A stretch of DNA of 43,878 nucleotides from a virus. Lineage: Duplodnaviria > Heunggongvirae > Uroviricota > Caudoviricetes. Of the stretch, positions 8,962-18,730 are shown piece after piece. Location of the stretch: the IMG/VR virus record IMGVR_UViG_2778261538_000001; one strand, given 5' to 3'. The stretch's first letter is position 1; each line of letters opens with the position of its first letter. Under the pieces are notes generated by a model, which saw only the letters and a list, made by a program, of their open reading frames with translations, had not been told where the DNA came from and did no database searches. The translations under genes and the position numbers were made by a program.

Positions 8962-9047
8962 CAGGTTCAGAAATGGCGAAAGCCGGTCTGCTGGAACAGA
9001 ACCGACTTTCAGGTGCAAATCGTAACACACTCATTGCGGGAGGAATT

Positions 9048-9977
9048 ATGGCAAACACTGCTGAGATATTCAATTTTCCAGTGCCGGATGCGGCACAAAA
9101 GGAGCCGCGCGTGGCAGATCTCGATGATGGTTATACGCGCATTGCAAATGAGTTGCTGGAAGCTGTGATGCTGGCCGGATTAACACAGCACCAGCTTCTG
9201 GTCTTTCTGGCTGTCATGCGCAAAACATATGGCTTTAATAAAAAACTGGATTGGGTTAGCAACGAGCAACTTTCCGAATTAACCGGGATATTGCCGCACA
9301 AGTGTTCTGCTGCAAAAAGTGTTCTGGTAAAGCGTGGGATTTTTATTCAGAGCGGGCGGAATACCGGCATTAATAATGTGGTCAGTGAATGGTCTACATT
9401 ACCCGAATCAGGTAAGAAAAATAAAGTTTACCTGAAAGAGGTAAATTTACCTGAATCAGGTAAAAAAAGTTTACCCAAATCAGGTAAAGGCGTTTACCCG
9501 AATCAGGTAAACACAAAAGACAAACTAACAAAAGACAATATAAAACCTTTTTCGTCCGAGAATTCTGGCGAATCCTCTGACCAACCAGAAAACGATCTTC
9601 CTGTGGTGAAACCGGATGCTGCAATTCAGAGCGGCAGCAAGTGGGGGACAGCAGAAGACCTGACCGCCGCAGAGTGGATGTTTGACATGGTGAAGACCAT
9701 CGCGCCATCAGCCAGAAAACCGAATTTTGCAGGGTGGGCTAACGATATCCGCCTGATGCGTGAACGTGACGGACGTAACCACCGCGACATGTGCGTGCTG
9801 TTCCGCTGGGCATGCCAGGACAACTTCTGGTCCGGTAACGTGCTAAGTCCGGCCAAACTCCGCGACAAGTGGACCCAACTCGAAATCAACCGTAACAAGC
9901 AACAGGCAGGCGTGACAGCTAGCAAACCAAAACTCGACCTGACAAACACAGACTGGATTTACGGGGTGGATCTATGA
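9048..9977 (+). CDS. O: Replication initiator O, hybrid: non-lambda N-terminal DNA-binding half, lambda-like C-terminal half (309 aa from ATG at 9048)
   Basis: N-terminus shows the lambda-O pattern (ADLDDGY...LTGILP...) with divergent sequence; C-terminus ...KWTQLEINRNKQQAGVTASKPKLDLTNTDWIYGVDL matches lambda O; GGGAGG RBS at 9037. Confidence 0.85.
   Translation: MANTAEIFNFPVPDAAQKEPRVADLDDGYTRIANELLEAVMLAGLTQHQLLVFLAVMRKTYGFNKKLDWVSNEQLSELTGILPHKCSAAKSVLVKRGIFIQSGRNTGINNVVSEWSTLPESGKKNKVYLKEVNLPESGKKSLPKSGKGVYPNQVNTKDKLTKDNIKPFSSENSGESSDQPENDLPVVKPDAAIQSGSKWGTAEDLTAAEWMFDMVKTIAPSARKPNFAGWANDIRLMRERDGRNHRDMCVLFRWACQDNFWSGNVLSPAKLRDKWTQLEINRNKQQAGVTASKPKLDLTNTDWIYGVDL
9399..9510. repeat. Replication origin iterons inside O: four to five copies of about 18 bp TTTACC(C/T)(G/A)AATCAGGTAA, followed by an AT-rich stretch
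   Basis: Directly visible tandem-spaced repeats at about 9399, 9425 (degenerate), 9446, 9470 and 9493; AT-rich segment 9511-9560. Confidence 0.75.
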
Positions 9978-10675
9978 AAAACATCGCCGCACAGATGATT
10001 AACTTTGACCGTGAGCAGATGCGCCGGATCGCCAACAACATGCCGGAACAGTACGACGAAAAGCCGCAGGTACAGCAGGTAGCGCAGATAATCAACGGTG
10101 TATTCAGCCAGTTACTGGCAACTTTCCCGGCGAGCCTGGCTAATCGTGACCAGAACGAACTGAACGAAATCCGCCGCCAGTGGGTTCTGGCTTTCCGGGA
10201 AAACGGGATCACCACGATGGAACAGGTGAGCGCCGGAATGCGTGTTGCCCGTCGGCAGAATAGACCATTTCTGCCATCACCCGGGCAGTTTGTTGCATGG
10301 TGCCGGGAAGAAGCATCCGTTACCGCCGGGCTGCCAAACGTCAGCGAGCTGGTTGATATGGTTTACGAGTATTGCCGGAAGCGTGGTCTGTATCCGGATG
10401 CAGAGTCTTATCCGTGGAAATCAAACGCGCACTACTGGCTGGTTACCAACCTGTATCAGAACATGCGGGCCAATGCGTTGACTGACGCGGAATTACGGCG
10501 CAAGGCTGCCGATGAACTGTCCTGTATGACCGCGCGAATTAACCGTGGTGAGGCGATACCTGAACCAGTAAAACAACTTCCTGTCATGGGCGGTAGACCT
10601 CTAAATCGTGCACAGGCTCTGGCGAAGATCGCAGAAATCAAAGCTAAGTTTGGGCTGAAAGGAGCAAGTGTATGA
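9974..10675 (+). CDS. P: Replication protein P (DnaB loader), 233 aa
   Basis: Translation MKNIAAQMINFDREQMRRIANNMPEQYDEKPQVQQVAQIINGV... matches lambda P nearly identically. Confidence 0.97.
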   Translation: MKNIAAQMINFDREQMRRIANNMPEQYDEKPQVQQVAQIINGVFSQLLATFPASLANRDQNELNEIRRQWVLAFRENGITTMEQVSAGMRVARRQNRPFLPSPGQFVAWCREEASVTAGLPNVSELVDMVYEYCRKRGLYPDAESYPWKSNAHYWLVTNLYQNMRANALTDAELRRKAADELSCMTARINRGEAIPEPVKQLPVMGGRPLNRAQALAKIAEIKAKFGLKGASV

Positions 10676-10974
10676 CGGGCAAAGAGGCAATTATTCATTA
10701 CTTGGGGACTCATAAGAACTTCTGTGCGCAGGACGTTGCCGCGGTAACAGGCGCAACCGTAACCAGCATAAATCAGGCTGCGGCTAAAATGGCGCGGGCA
10801 GGAATCCTGGTCGTTGATGGTAAGGTCTGGCGAACGGTGTATTATCGGTTCGCTACCAGAGAAGAATGGGAAGGAAAGGTGAGCACGAATTTGATTTTTA
10901 AGGAGTGTCGCCAGAGTGCCGCGATGAAACGGGTATTGAGGGTATATAAAAGAACATCAATGGGTACACAATGA
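10672..10974 (+). CDS. ren: Ren, 100 aa
   Basis: Translation MTGKEAIIHYLGTH... matches lambda Ren over most of its length. Confidence 0.88.
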   Translation: MTGKEAIIHYLGTHKNFCAQDVAAVTGATVTSINQAAAKMARAGILVVDGKVWRTVYYRFATREEWEGKVSTNLIFKECRQSAAMKRVLRVYKRTSMGTQ

Positions 10975-11041
10975 TGAAACAGGTGAGTTGAGTTCAAACT
11001 GTAGTACAATTCTCTCCAGTTTGAACAGGAAAGAATATGCT

Positions 11042-11374
11042 ATGAATCCTTATATTTATCTTGGTGGTGCAATACTTGCAGAGGTCATTGGTACAACCTT
11101 AATGAAGTTTTCAGAAGGTTTTACACGGTTATGGCCATCTGTTGGTACAATTATTTGTTATTGTGCATCATTCTGGTTATTAGCTCAGACGCTGGCTTAT
11201 ATTCCTACAGGGATTGCTTATGCTATCTGGTCAGGAGTCGGTATTGTCCTGATTAGCTTACTATCATGGGGATTTTTCGGCCAACGGTTGGACCTGCCAG
11301 CCATTATAGGCATGATGTTGATTTGTGCCGGTGTGTTGGTTATTAATTTATTGTCACGAAGCACACCACATTAA
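11042..11374 (+). CDS. emrE: SMR-family multidrug efflux transporter EmrE, 110 aa
   Basis: Translation from MNPYIYLGGAILAEVIGTTLMKFSEGFTRLWPSVGT... matches E. coli EmrE; start chosen at ATG 11042. Confidence 0.93.
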   Translation: MNPYIYLGGAILAEVIGTTLMKFSEGFTRLWPSVGTIICYCASFWLLAQTLAYIPTGIAYAIWSGVGIVLISLLSWGFFGQRLDLPAIIGMMLICAGVLVINLLSRSTPH

Positions 11375-11629
11375 AAATAATTTGTTTTTAAACGACTAAA
11401 ATATGGAGGCTCGTATATTTATATGGGCCTCGTTTTATGCTTTTTGTTAATGTCTTTAGTTTTTATTCATTCTTTTGTGCTTTCAAGATTATGGTGTAAG
11501 AAAATTGCAATACGATTATTGTTGTATATTCAAGATAATGTGACCTTAATTGTCTTTTTAAATAAAAATTAAACAAAAATCATATCTCACCACTAAGGTT
11601 TATAAAAGCATACTTTAGCAGGTGTCACC

Positions 11630-13156
11630 ATGAAAAAAGCCATAGCATATATGCGATTTTCATCACCAGGTCAGATGTCTGGTGATTCATTAAACCGCCA
11701 GAGAAGGCTTATTACTGAATGGCTAAAGGTAAATAGTGATTATTACCTTGATACCGTAACGTATGAAGATTTGGGGTTAAGCGCATTCAATGGAAAGCAT
11801 GCACAATCAGGAGCTTTTTCGGAATTTTTAGATGCTATAGAACATGGTTATATATTGCCAGGGACTACATTGTTAGTTGAAAGTCTGGACAGACTTTCAA
11901 GAGAAAAAGTCGGTGAAGCGATTGAGCGTCTGAAATTGATTTTGAATCACGGTATTGATGTTATAACTCTTTGCGATAATACAGTCTATAATATTGACTC
12001 ATTGAATGAGCCATATTCATTAATAAAAGCCATACTTATAGCACAAAGGGCAAATGAAGAAAGCGAGATAAAGTCAAGTCGGGTTAAATTATCATGGAAG
12101 AAAAAACGGCAGGATGCACTGGAGTCAGGCACGATTATGACGGCTTCTTGTCCGAGATGGCTCTCATTGGATGACAAAAGAACGGCTTTTGTTCCAGACC
12201 CCGACAGGGTGAAAACTATTGAGCTAATTTTTAAACTCAGGATGGAAAGGCGCTCATTGAATGCAATAGCCAAGTATTTAAATGATCATGCTGTAAAGAA
12301 TTTCTCAGGAAAAGAAAGTGCATGGGGACCTTCTGTAATTGAAAAATTATTAGCGAATAAAGCTCTGATAGGTATATGCGTACCTTCATATCGTGCAAGA
12401 GGCAAAGGGATAAGTGAAATCGCTGGCTATTATCCCAGAGTCATATCAGATGATTTGTTTTACGCTGTACAGGAAATTCGGTTGGCACCTTTTGGTATTA
12501 GCAATAGTAGCAAGAATCCTATGCTAATAAATCTACTTCGAACAGTTATGAAGTGTGAGGCTTGTGGTAATACCATGATTGTTCATGCGGTATCTGGAAG
12601 TTTGCATGGCTATTATGTTTGTCCGATGAGAAGATTACATCGATGTGACAGACCATCAATAAAAAGAGATTTGGTTGATTATAATATCATTAATGAATTG
12701 CTTTTTAATTGTAGCAAAATTCAACCAGTTGAAAACAAGAAAGATGCTAATGAAACTTTAGAGTTAAAAATTATTGAGCTTCAGATGAAAATTAATAATT
12801 TAATCGTTGCATTGTCTGTCGCGCCTGAAGTTACCGCTATAGCAGAGAAAATAAGACTATTAGATAAGGAATTACGAAGGGCTTCGGTATCATTAAAAAC
12901 TTTGAAGAGTAAAGGGATGAGTTCACTTGGTGATTTTCATGCTATTGATTTAACCAGTAAAAATGGGCGAGAGCTATGTCGTACACTTGCCTATAAAATA
13001 TTCGAAAAAATTATAATTAATACAGATAATAAAACCTGTGATATCTATTTTATGAATGGCATTGTTTTTAAACACTATCCTTTAATGAAAGTAATATCCG
13101 CCCAGCAGGCGATAAGTACTCTTAAATATATGGTTGATGGTGAGATTTATTTTTGA
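11630..13156 (+). CDS. Large serine recombinase (resolvase/invertase catalytic domain plus recombinase and zinc-ribbon domains), 508 aa; YbcK-like
   Basis: N-terminal YMRFSSPGQ catalytic-serine motif; Cys cluster CEACGN...YYVCPMRRLHRCD; very AT-rich. Confidence 0.8.
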   Translation: MKKAIAYMRFSSPGQMSGDSLNRQRRLITEWLKVNSDYYLDTVTYEDLGLSAFNGKHAQSGAFSEFLDAIEHGYILPGTTLLVESLDRLSREKVGEAIERLKLILNHGIDVITLCDNTVYNIDSLNEPYSLIKAILIAQRANEESEIKSSRVKLSWKKKRQDALESGTIMTASCPRWLSLDDKRTAFVPDPDRVKTIELIFKLRMERRSLNAIAKYLNDHAVKNFSGKESAWGPSVIEKLLANKALIGICVPSYRARGKGISEIAGYYPRVISDDLFYAVQEIRLAPFGISNSSKNPMLINLLRTVMKCEACGNTMIVHAVSGSLHGYYVCPMRRLHRCDRPSIKRDLVDYNIINELLFNCSKIQPVENKKDANETLELKIIELQMKINNLIVALSVAPEVTAIAEKIRLLDKELRRASVSLKTLKSKGMSSLGDFHAIDLTSKNGRELCRTLAYKIFEKIIINTDNKTCDIYFMNGIVFKHYPLMKVISAQQAISTLKYMVDGEIYF

Positions 13157-13478
13157 GTAATAATCACTTTTTCAACCGTGCTATGGTATGAAAGTAAAGT
13201 AACTAATATGATATTAACTATCTTGAACGAAGCGCCCTGAGCTATAGTTTTACTATAGGCACTGCCACTGGATGTTGGCATTCTTGCTCTAGTAGCTCAA
13301 CAATACCCAATCACAAAACAATTCACTGATAACAAACTTTGTGCACGTGCTTGGTTATGGCGAACAGGTGATGTTAACCTCTTGCCTGAATGCCACTCCA
13401 CTTCATTAAGTATCTGAGCACCGAGAGGCTGGTCACGCCCCCATTAAAAATAATTTCTTTTGAATCGAGTGAAATAGG

Positions 13479-13505
13479 TTAGCCCGCATAAGTGCGGGCT
13501 GCTTT
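13479..13505 (+). terminator. Stem-loop terminator (AGCCCGCA-taag-TGCGGGCT then GCTTTTT)
   Basis: Perfect 8-bp stem with T-run on the plus strand; abuts the 3' end of the minus-strand esterase gene. Confidence 0.5.
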
Positions 13506-14549
13506 TTACAGGTCAGCGTTTGTTTTTTGTTGTTGGGTAGCGGTTTTTATGGGGGTTCCCAGGTTTTTAGTAAACCACTCAACAACTCTGTTTATAATAA
13601 TTGGCTGATACCATGTATTATCGCCATGCTCAGCCCCTTCTACCAGAACGTACTCAGCGTTATCGCCGTTCTTCTTCAACATCCTGAATAGTTTGGCGCT
13701 TTGCTCAGGTGAAACCAGAGTGTCTTTGCTACCATGCATAATAAGAAATGGGGGTTTTACTCCTTTCATATGTCCGATTGGACTGGCGTTTAGCGCTTTT
13801 TCTTTTGACGCTGTTATGGGGGCTCCCGCAAAACTTCTGAATGCAGGGCCATTGATCATTAAGGCTTCGGTTACGGCAGGAGATCGATGAACCTCCTGCA
13901 CTGATTCAGGGAACCCCTCGCCAATATTCAACAAGTCAGAAATCCCATAAAGTGTGGCAACTGCCTGAACATCTGCTGATTGCTGAAGAAAGTCACCTTT
14001 ATTAAAGGTTTTGTCACCATTTGTAGTTCCCATCATCTGGGCAAGCCATCCACCGGCAGAGTCACCCAGAACTCCGATTCTTTGAGGATCAATCCCATAA
14101 TCGCTGGCATGTTCTCTCAAGTAACGTATTGCAGCTTTCCCATCCTCAACTGGTGCTGGAAATGTATCAGGAATTGTTCTGTATTCTACAGCGGCCACAA
14201 CAAAACCAGCTTCAGCCAGAGCCATTCTCATTTCAATAAATTTGTCATGTTCAGAAGACATGAATCCGCCGCCGGGATAATAAATAATGGCTGGTTTTAA
14301 ATCATTTGTTCGCGGGACAAGAACTGACATGTGAAGCTGTCTGACAGAACGAGTTCCTTTTATCTGGGAATAAACAACATCACCAATGAGATCGACCTGG
14401 TTTCTGGTGGGTGAAACACTAATGATATCTGCACCCGGGGTGTAACCAGGAAGATTAGTCTGGACAGGTGTTGCACAACTCCCGACCGACATGGCCATTG
14501 ACATACCATACAATAGTGTTGCAGATGATAATATCTTGTTAATTTTCAT
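13506..14549 (-). CDS. Secreted alpha/beta-hydrolase (esterase/lipase family) with N-terminal signal peptide, 347 aa
   Basis: GDSAGG nucleophile elbow, YYPGGGF oxyanion-hole-like motif, hydrophobic N-terminus ending ...SVGSC (possible lipobox). Confidence 0.8.
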   Translation of the reverse strand: MKINKILSSATLLYGMSMAMSVGSCATPVQTNLPGYTPGADIISVSPTRNQVDLIGDVVYSQIKGTRSVRQLHMSVLVPRTNDLKPAIIYYPGGGFMSSEHDKFIEMRMALAEAGFVVAAVEYRTIPDTFPAPVEDGKAAIRYLREHASDYGIDPQRIGVLGDSAGGWLAQMMGTTNGDKTFNKGDFLQQSADVQAVATLYGISDLLNIGEGFPESVQEVHRSPAVTEALMINGPAFRSFAGAPITASKEKALNASPIGHMKGVKPPFLIMHGSKDTLVSPEQSAKLFRMLKKNGDNAEYVLVEGAEHGDNTWYQPIIINRVVEWFTKNLGTPIKTATQQQKTNADL

Positions 14550-14996
14550 GTTTTACATGCCTTGACTTATCGGATGAAATTCTCTTACTGAATTTAACGG
14601 CAGTTTAATAGCAGTACAACTCGTGGTAGCTAGGGAAATATCCCAGTCGTGGTTAAGGTTGTACTTGACGGCTATTATTTCAACAATGCTTAAAGTGAGA
14701 GCTTAAGGTTATGCGTATGTTTTACAGTCCGAGTAGATTCTGACCAATAGCTTCTTTGTATAATTCTGTCAGAAATAAATCTTGGCTTGCATGAAGTTTG
14801 AGACCTTATCTTGTTTGATTATGAATAATCAATTCGCCATAATTGTATCACCGGAGCCTGAACAACTCCTGTGACTTCTGCGCTAAACGGGGACGTTTAT
14901 GCGCACATACAATCCAACCTATCTTCTCCATTCACAGATGCAGAAATGCACCTGCGATTTTTTGCATCCAGCGTTTGGCCTCTGCGGAGGTGAATC

Positions 14997-15452
14997 GTGA
15001 ACCTCCCACAAGATGGCATCAAATTGCATCGCGGCAACTTCACCGCTTTCGGCCAGCAGATCCAGCCTTATCTGGAGGACGGAAAATGCTTTCGCATGGT
15101 GCTTAAACCGTGGCGTGAGAAACGCAGTCTTTCCCAGAATGCACTCAGCCATATGTGGTACAGCGAAATCAGTGAATACCTCATCAGCAGGGGGAAATCG
15201 TTCGCTACCGCAGCATGGGTAAAAGATGCTCTCAAACACACATACCTCGGTTATGAAACCAAGGACCTGGTTGATGTCGTAACCGGCGAAATCACTACTA
15301 TCCAGTCGTTACGCCATACCTCCGATCTTGATACCGGAGAGATGTATGTCTTCCTGTGTAAGGTTGAAGCTTGGGCGATGAATATTGGCTGCCACCTGAC
15401 TATTCCGCAGCGCTGCGAGTTCCAGCTGCTGCGCGACAAGCAGGAGGCGTAA
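14997..15452 (+). CDS. NinB-family recombination protein (YbcN-like), 151 aa, GTG start
   Basis: Translation [15 protein letters not shown]... matches DLP12 YbcN as I recall it; GGAGG RBS at 14986. Confidence 0.75.
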   Translation: MNLPQDGIKLHRGNFTAFGQQIQPYLEDGKCFRMVLKPWREKRSLSQNALSHMWYSEISEYLISRGKSFATAAWVKDALKHTYLGYETKDLVDVVTGEITTIQSLRHTSDLDTGEMYVFLCKVEAWAMNIGCHLTIPQRCEFQLLRDKQEA

Positions 15453-15622
15453 TGGCTACACCGCTTATTCGTATCATGAACGGACACATCTACAAAGTAC
15501 CAAATCGTCGTAAGCGTAAACCTGAGCTGAAGCCATCCGAAATACCAACACTGCTCGGGTATACCGCCAGCCTGGTTGATAAAAAATGGTTGCGACTGGC
15601 AGCAAGGAGGAATCATGGCTGA
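15452..15622 (+). CDS. ninE: NinE, 56 aa
   Basis: Translation [37 protein letters not shown]...; ATG overlaps the preceding stop. Confidence 0.8.
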   Translation: MATPLIRIMNGHIYKVPNRRKRKPELKPSEIPTLLGYTASLVDKKWLRLAARRNHG

Positions 15623-15905
15623 TTTGAGAAAAGCAGCGCGTGGTCGGGAATGCCAGGTAAGAATCCCTGGCGTATGTAATGGCAATCCTGAAACGTCAGT
15701 ACTGGCACATATCCGGCTGGCTGGATTGTGCGGTACCGGTATCAAACCGCCAGACCTGATTGCCACCATTGCATGTTCTGCCTGCCACGACGAAATCGAC
15801 CGTCGCACGCATTTTGTTGACGCTGGATATGCAAAAGAATGCGCGCTGGAAGGTATGGCGAGAACACAGGTTATCTGGTTGAAAGAGGGGGTTATTGAGG
15901 CGTGA
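15615..15905 (+). CDS. YbcO-like protein (DUF1364; putative nuclease), 96 aa
   Basis: Translation [35 protein letters not shown]...; AGGAGG RBS at 15605. Confidence 0.8.
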   Translation: MADLRKAARGRECQVRIPGVCNGNPETSVLAHIRLAGLCGTGIKPPDLIATIACSACHDEIDRRTHFVDAGYAKECALEGMARTQVIWLKEGVIEA

Positions 15906-16264
15906 ATACCTACAGCATCACATTACCTTGGCCTCCGAGCAATAATCGCTATTACCGCCATAATCGTGGGCGCACGCACGTCAGCGCAGAGGGGCAGGCA
16001 TACTGCGATAACGTCGCCCGAATCATTAAAAACGCAATGCTGGATATCGGCTTGGCTATGCCAGTGAAAATCCGTATTGAGTGCCACATGCCGGATCGCC
16101 GTCGCCGTGACCTGGATAATCTGCAAAAAGCCGCTTTTGACGCACTCACCAAAGCAGGTTTCTGGCTGGATGATGTTCAGGTCGTTGATTACCGTGTTGT
16201 GAAGATGCCCGTTACCAAAGGTGGGAAGCTGGAGCTGACCATCACCGAACTGGGAGATGAATGA
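15902..16264 (+). CDS. rusA: RusA Holliday-junction resolvase, 120 aa
   Basis: Translation [18 protein letters not shown]... is the characteristic RusA N-terminus. Confidence 0.9.
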   Translation: MNTYSITLPWPPSNNRYYRHNRGRTHVSAEGQAYCDNVARIIKNAMLDIGLAMPVKIRIECHMPDRRRRDLDNLQKAAFDALTKAGFWLDDVQVVDYRVVKMPVTKGGKLELTITELGDE

Positions 16265-16401
16265 TGTTTGAGTCTTATATGGCAGAGCGTCTTCGCCGCC
16301 GCTGGGTGCGCCTGCGCTTATATCGTTTTCCTGGTTCTGTTTTGACCGATTACCGAATACTGAAGAATTACGCCAAAACCCTGACAGGAGCAGGAGTATG
16401 A
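16261..16401 (+). CDS. Small protein YlcG-like, 46 aa
   Basis: ATGA overlap with rusA stop; translation [23 protein letters not shown]... Confidence 0.55.
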   Translation: MMFESYMAERLRRRWVRLRLYRFPGSVLTDYRILKNYAKTLTGAGV

Positions 16402-16486
16402 AGTCAGAGATAACAATCAACTAATACTGTTTTGTTGATTTTTGCTTGTAATTGGCGTTCTGGTCTGATTTTTGTGGAGTAAGTTG

Positions 16487-16870
16487 ATGCGTGATATTCA
16501 GATAGTTCTTGAGCGTTGGGGAGCGTGGGCGGCTAATAATCATGAAGATGTGACCTGGTCGTCCGTTGCCGCCGGTTTTAAGGGATTAATTCCTTCAAAA
16601 GTAAAATCTCGCCCGCAATGTTGTGACGATGACGCGATGATCATTTGCGGGTGCATGGCCCGTCTGAAAAAGAACAACAGCGATTTACACGATTTATTAG
16701 TAGATTATTATGTATGTGGTATGACATTCATGTCACTGGCAAGTAAGCATTGCTGCTCGGATGGTTATATCGGGAAAAGGTTACAGAAGGCTGAGGGCAT
16801 AATTGAAGGGATGTTAATGGCATTAGATATCCGGTTAGATATGGATATCGTTGCTAATAATTCTAATTGA
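16487..16870 (+). CDS. Late-gene antiterminator Q (QuuD type), 127 aa
   Basis: Translation [24 protein letters not shown]... with Cys-rich zinc-binding region; GGAG RBS at 16476. Confidence 0.85.
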   Translation: MRDIQIVLERWGAWAANNHEDVTWSSVAAGFKGLIPSKVKSRPQCCDDDAMIICGCMARLKKNNSDLHDLLVDYYVCGMTFMSLASKHCCSDGYIGKRLQKAEGIIEGMLMALDIRLDMDIVANNSN

Positions 16871-17006
16871 TATGCAATTGTTTACTAAAAGTTATTAAAA
16901 ATGGGGCGTGGAAACGCCCCCAAAATAAAGGGTAATATATAACAGAAGGTTTATATAGTAAGAAGCAAGGTAGTGCTTCTAAAGGAAGTGGCTTGAGGGC
17001 TCCACT

Positions 17007-17049
17007 TATATGTTGCGGAGGCAAAGCCTCCCGCAACATATCTTTTTCG
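17007..17049 (+). terminator. tR'-like rho-independent terminator downstream of Q
   Basis: ATATGTTGCGGAGG-caaag-CCTCCCGCAACATAT stem-loop followed by CTTTTTCG. Confidence 0.6.
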
Positions 17050-17058
17050 TAAGTCAGA

Positions 17059-18141
17059 TTAGAACTGATAAACCAGACCTACAGCGACGATGTCGTCGGT
17101 ATCAATACCAGCTGTTTTGGTAAACTTACTATCGTCAATTAAGTTGATTTTGTAATCAACAAAAGTGGACATGTTTTTATTAAAGTAGTAAGTAGCACCG
17201 ACATCGACATACTTGACTAAGTCTCGGTCACCATGAACACCAAGGTCTTTACCTTTTGACTGAAGGTAAGCAACAGATGGTCGCAGACCGAAGTCAAACT
17301 GATATTGTGCTACTGCTTCAAAGTTTTGTGCTTTGTTTGCAATATGGTTATTACCAAAAACGGTCATATTCTGAGTTTCAGAATATGTGGTAGCCAGATA
17401 GATATTGTTCGCATCATATTTCAGGCCTGCAGCCCATACTTCCGCATTTTTGCCGGAGGCATTGAATTTGCTCTTACCATAGGCGACCTGACCGTCAGTG
17501 CGATCTGATTTAGCATAGGTTGCACCCACGCCGAATCCTTCATACTCATAAGTAGTGGAGAAACCGAAACCATCACCATTGGCTTCAGTTACGTCAGTGC
17601 GGTCATTTTTACCCTGATACTGAGCAGCAAAGTTCAGGCCATCGACCAGACCAAAGAAGTCGTTGTTACGATAAGTTGCAACACCAGTAGTGCGACCAGT
17701 CATGAACACATCTGTTTGGGTCCAGGTATCACCACCGAATTCTGGCAGGACGTCAGTCCACGCACCGATGTCGTATGCTACACCGTAGTTACGGCCGTAA
17801 TCGATTGAGCCGTAATCACCAAATTTCAGGCCTGCAAATGCAAGACGGGTTTTGTCTTTGGAAGAACCTTGAGATTCAGCACGGTTGCCTTTGAATTCAT
17901 ATTCCCACTGACCGAAACCAGTCAGTTGATCGTTGATTTGGGTTTCACCTTTGAAGCCAAGACGGGCATAAGTAGTATCACCATCATCTGCATCATTAGA
18001 GGAGAAGTAGTGCTTGGCATTAACTTTCCCGTATAGATCCAGCTTGTTACTGTCTTTATTATAAATTTCAGCTGCCTGAGCAGACATCGCCATCAGTACT
18101 GATGCAGCTACAGCAGAAATTGCCACTGTTAATTTTTTCAT
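17059..18141 (-). CDS. nmpC: OmpC/OmpF-family general porin (NmpC/Lc type), intact, with signal peptide, 360 aa
   Basis: Signal peptide ending [12 protein letters not shown]-terminal ...VGLVYQF terminal Phe, typical 16-strand porin; antisense to late operon. Confidence 0.93.
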   Translation of the reverse strand: MKKLTVAISAVAASVLMAMSAQAAEIYNKDSNKLDLYGKVNAKHYFSSNDADDGDTTYARLGFKGETQINDQLTGFGQWEYEFKGNRAESQGSSKDKTRLAFAGLKFGDYGSIDYGRNYGVAYDIGAWTDVLPEFGGDTWTQTDVFMTGRTTGVATYRNNDFFGLVDGLNFAAQYQGKNDRTDVTEANGDGFGFSTTYEYEGFGVGATYAKSDRTDGQVAYGKSKFNASGKNAEVWAAGLKYDANNIYLATTYSETQNMTVFGNNHIANKAQNFEAVAQYQFDFGLRPSVAYLQSKGKDLGVHGDRDLVKYVDVGATYYFNKNMSTFVDYKINLIDDSKFTKTAGIDTDDIVAVGLVYQF

Positions 18142-18730
18142 TGTACGCCCTTTTTTTTGAACTATTATTAAAAAATGATGTCACTGCGCGATAAATATTC
18201 ATCTAATCAATGCGATTATTTCAAGATGTAAGTTTTAGTTTCTCATTTAATTTGTGAAGTAGATCTCTATTTTTATCTGAACCTTTTCTATCTAATCCTA
18301 TTCATGGCTCTTGTTTGAACGAAAATAAATCTATTAGCTAATTTATATTAATGGCACTTATTTATAAGCGCTCTATAATTCTTTAGCTTAATTTAAACAA
18401 ACTAAAAATAACATCGGAAATTATTCATTGGTTATTTGTTGAAGTTTTCTTATGTATTTGTGGTGGTGTTTTGAACACTCGGTGGCATTCTCACAAATAT
18501 CATTTAGTAGTTTACGTACGTAAAAAATTGGTTATGCTGTTAAGAGTGGTTACTTCGTCACACAGCTTAAACCCGCCGTCGAGCGGGTTTTTCCATTTTT
18601 TGAGTCTCGATATTAGCTGATAACCCAATACCTGAGTTATTCACTGACTCCAAATCTGTTACGTTTCTGCCTTTATTGCGATACGTAGTATCCCCTTAAT
18701 TTACACCCGCTTTGTCTGCGAGGTGGGGTT

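Noticed and set aside
8958-9047. N-terminal extension of O (ORF starts at 8958)
   Set aside because: The lambda-O-like N-terminus begins at the ATG at 9048 with a strong RBS; the extension overlaps the upstream gene.
9399-9510. Tandem-spaced 18-bp repeats that could be mistaken for a CRISPR array
   Set aside because: They lie inside the O coding sequence with irregular short spacers and an adjacent AT-rich tract, which is the iteron structure of a lambdoid origin; no leader or cas genes.
15251-16420. Minus-strand ORFs of 185 and 165 aa
   Set aside because: Antisense to the well-supported ninE/ybcO/rusA genes.
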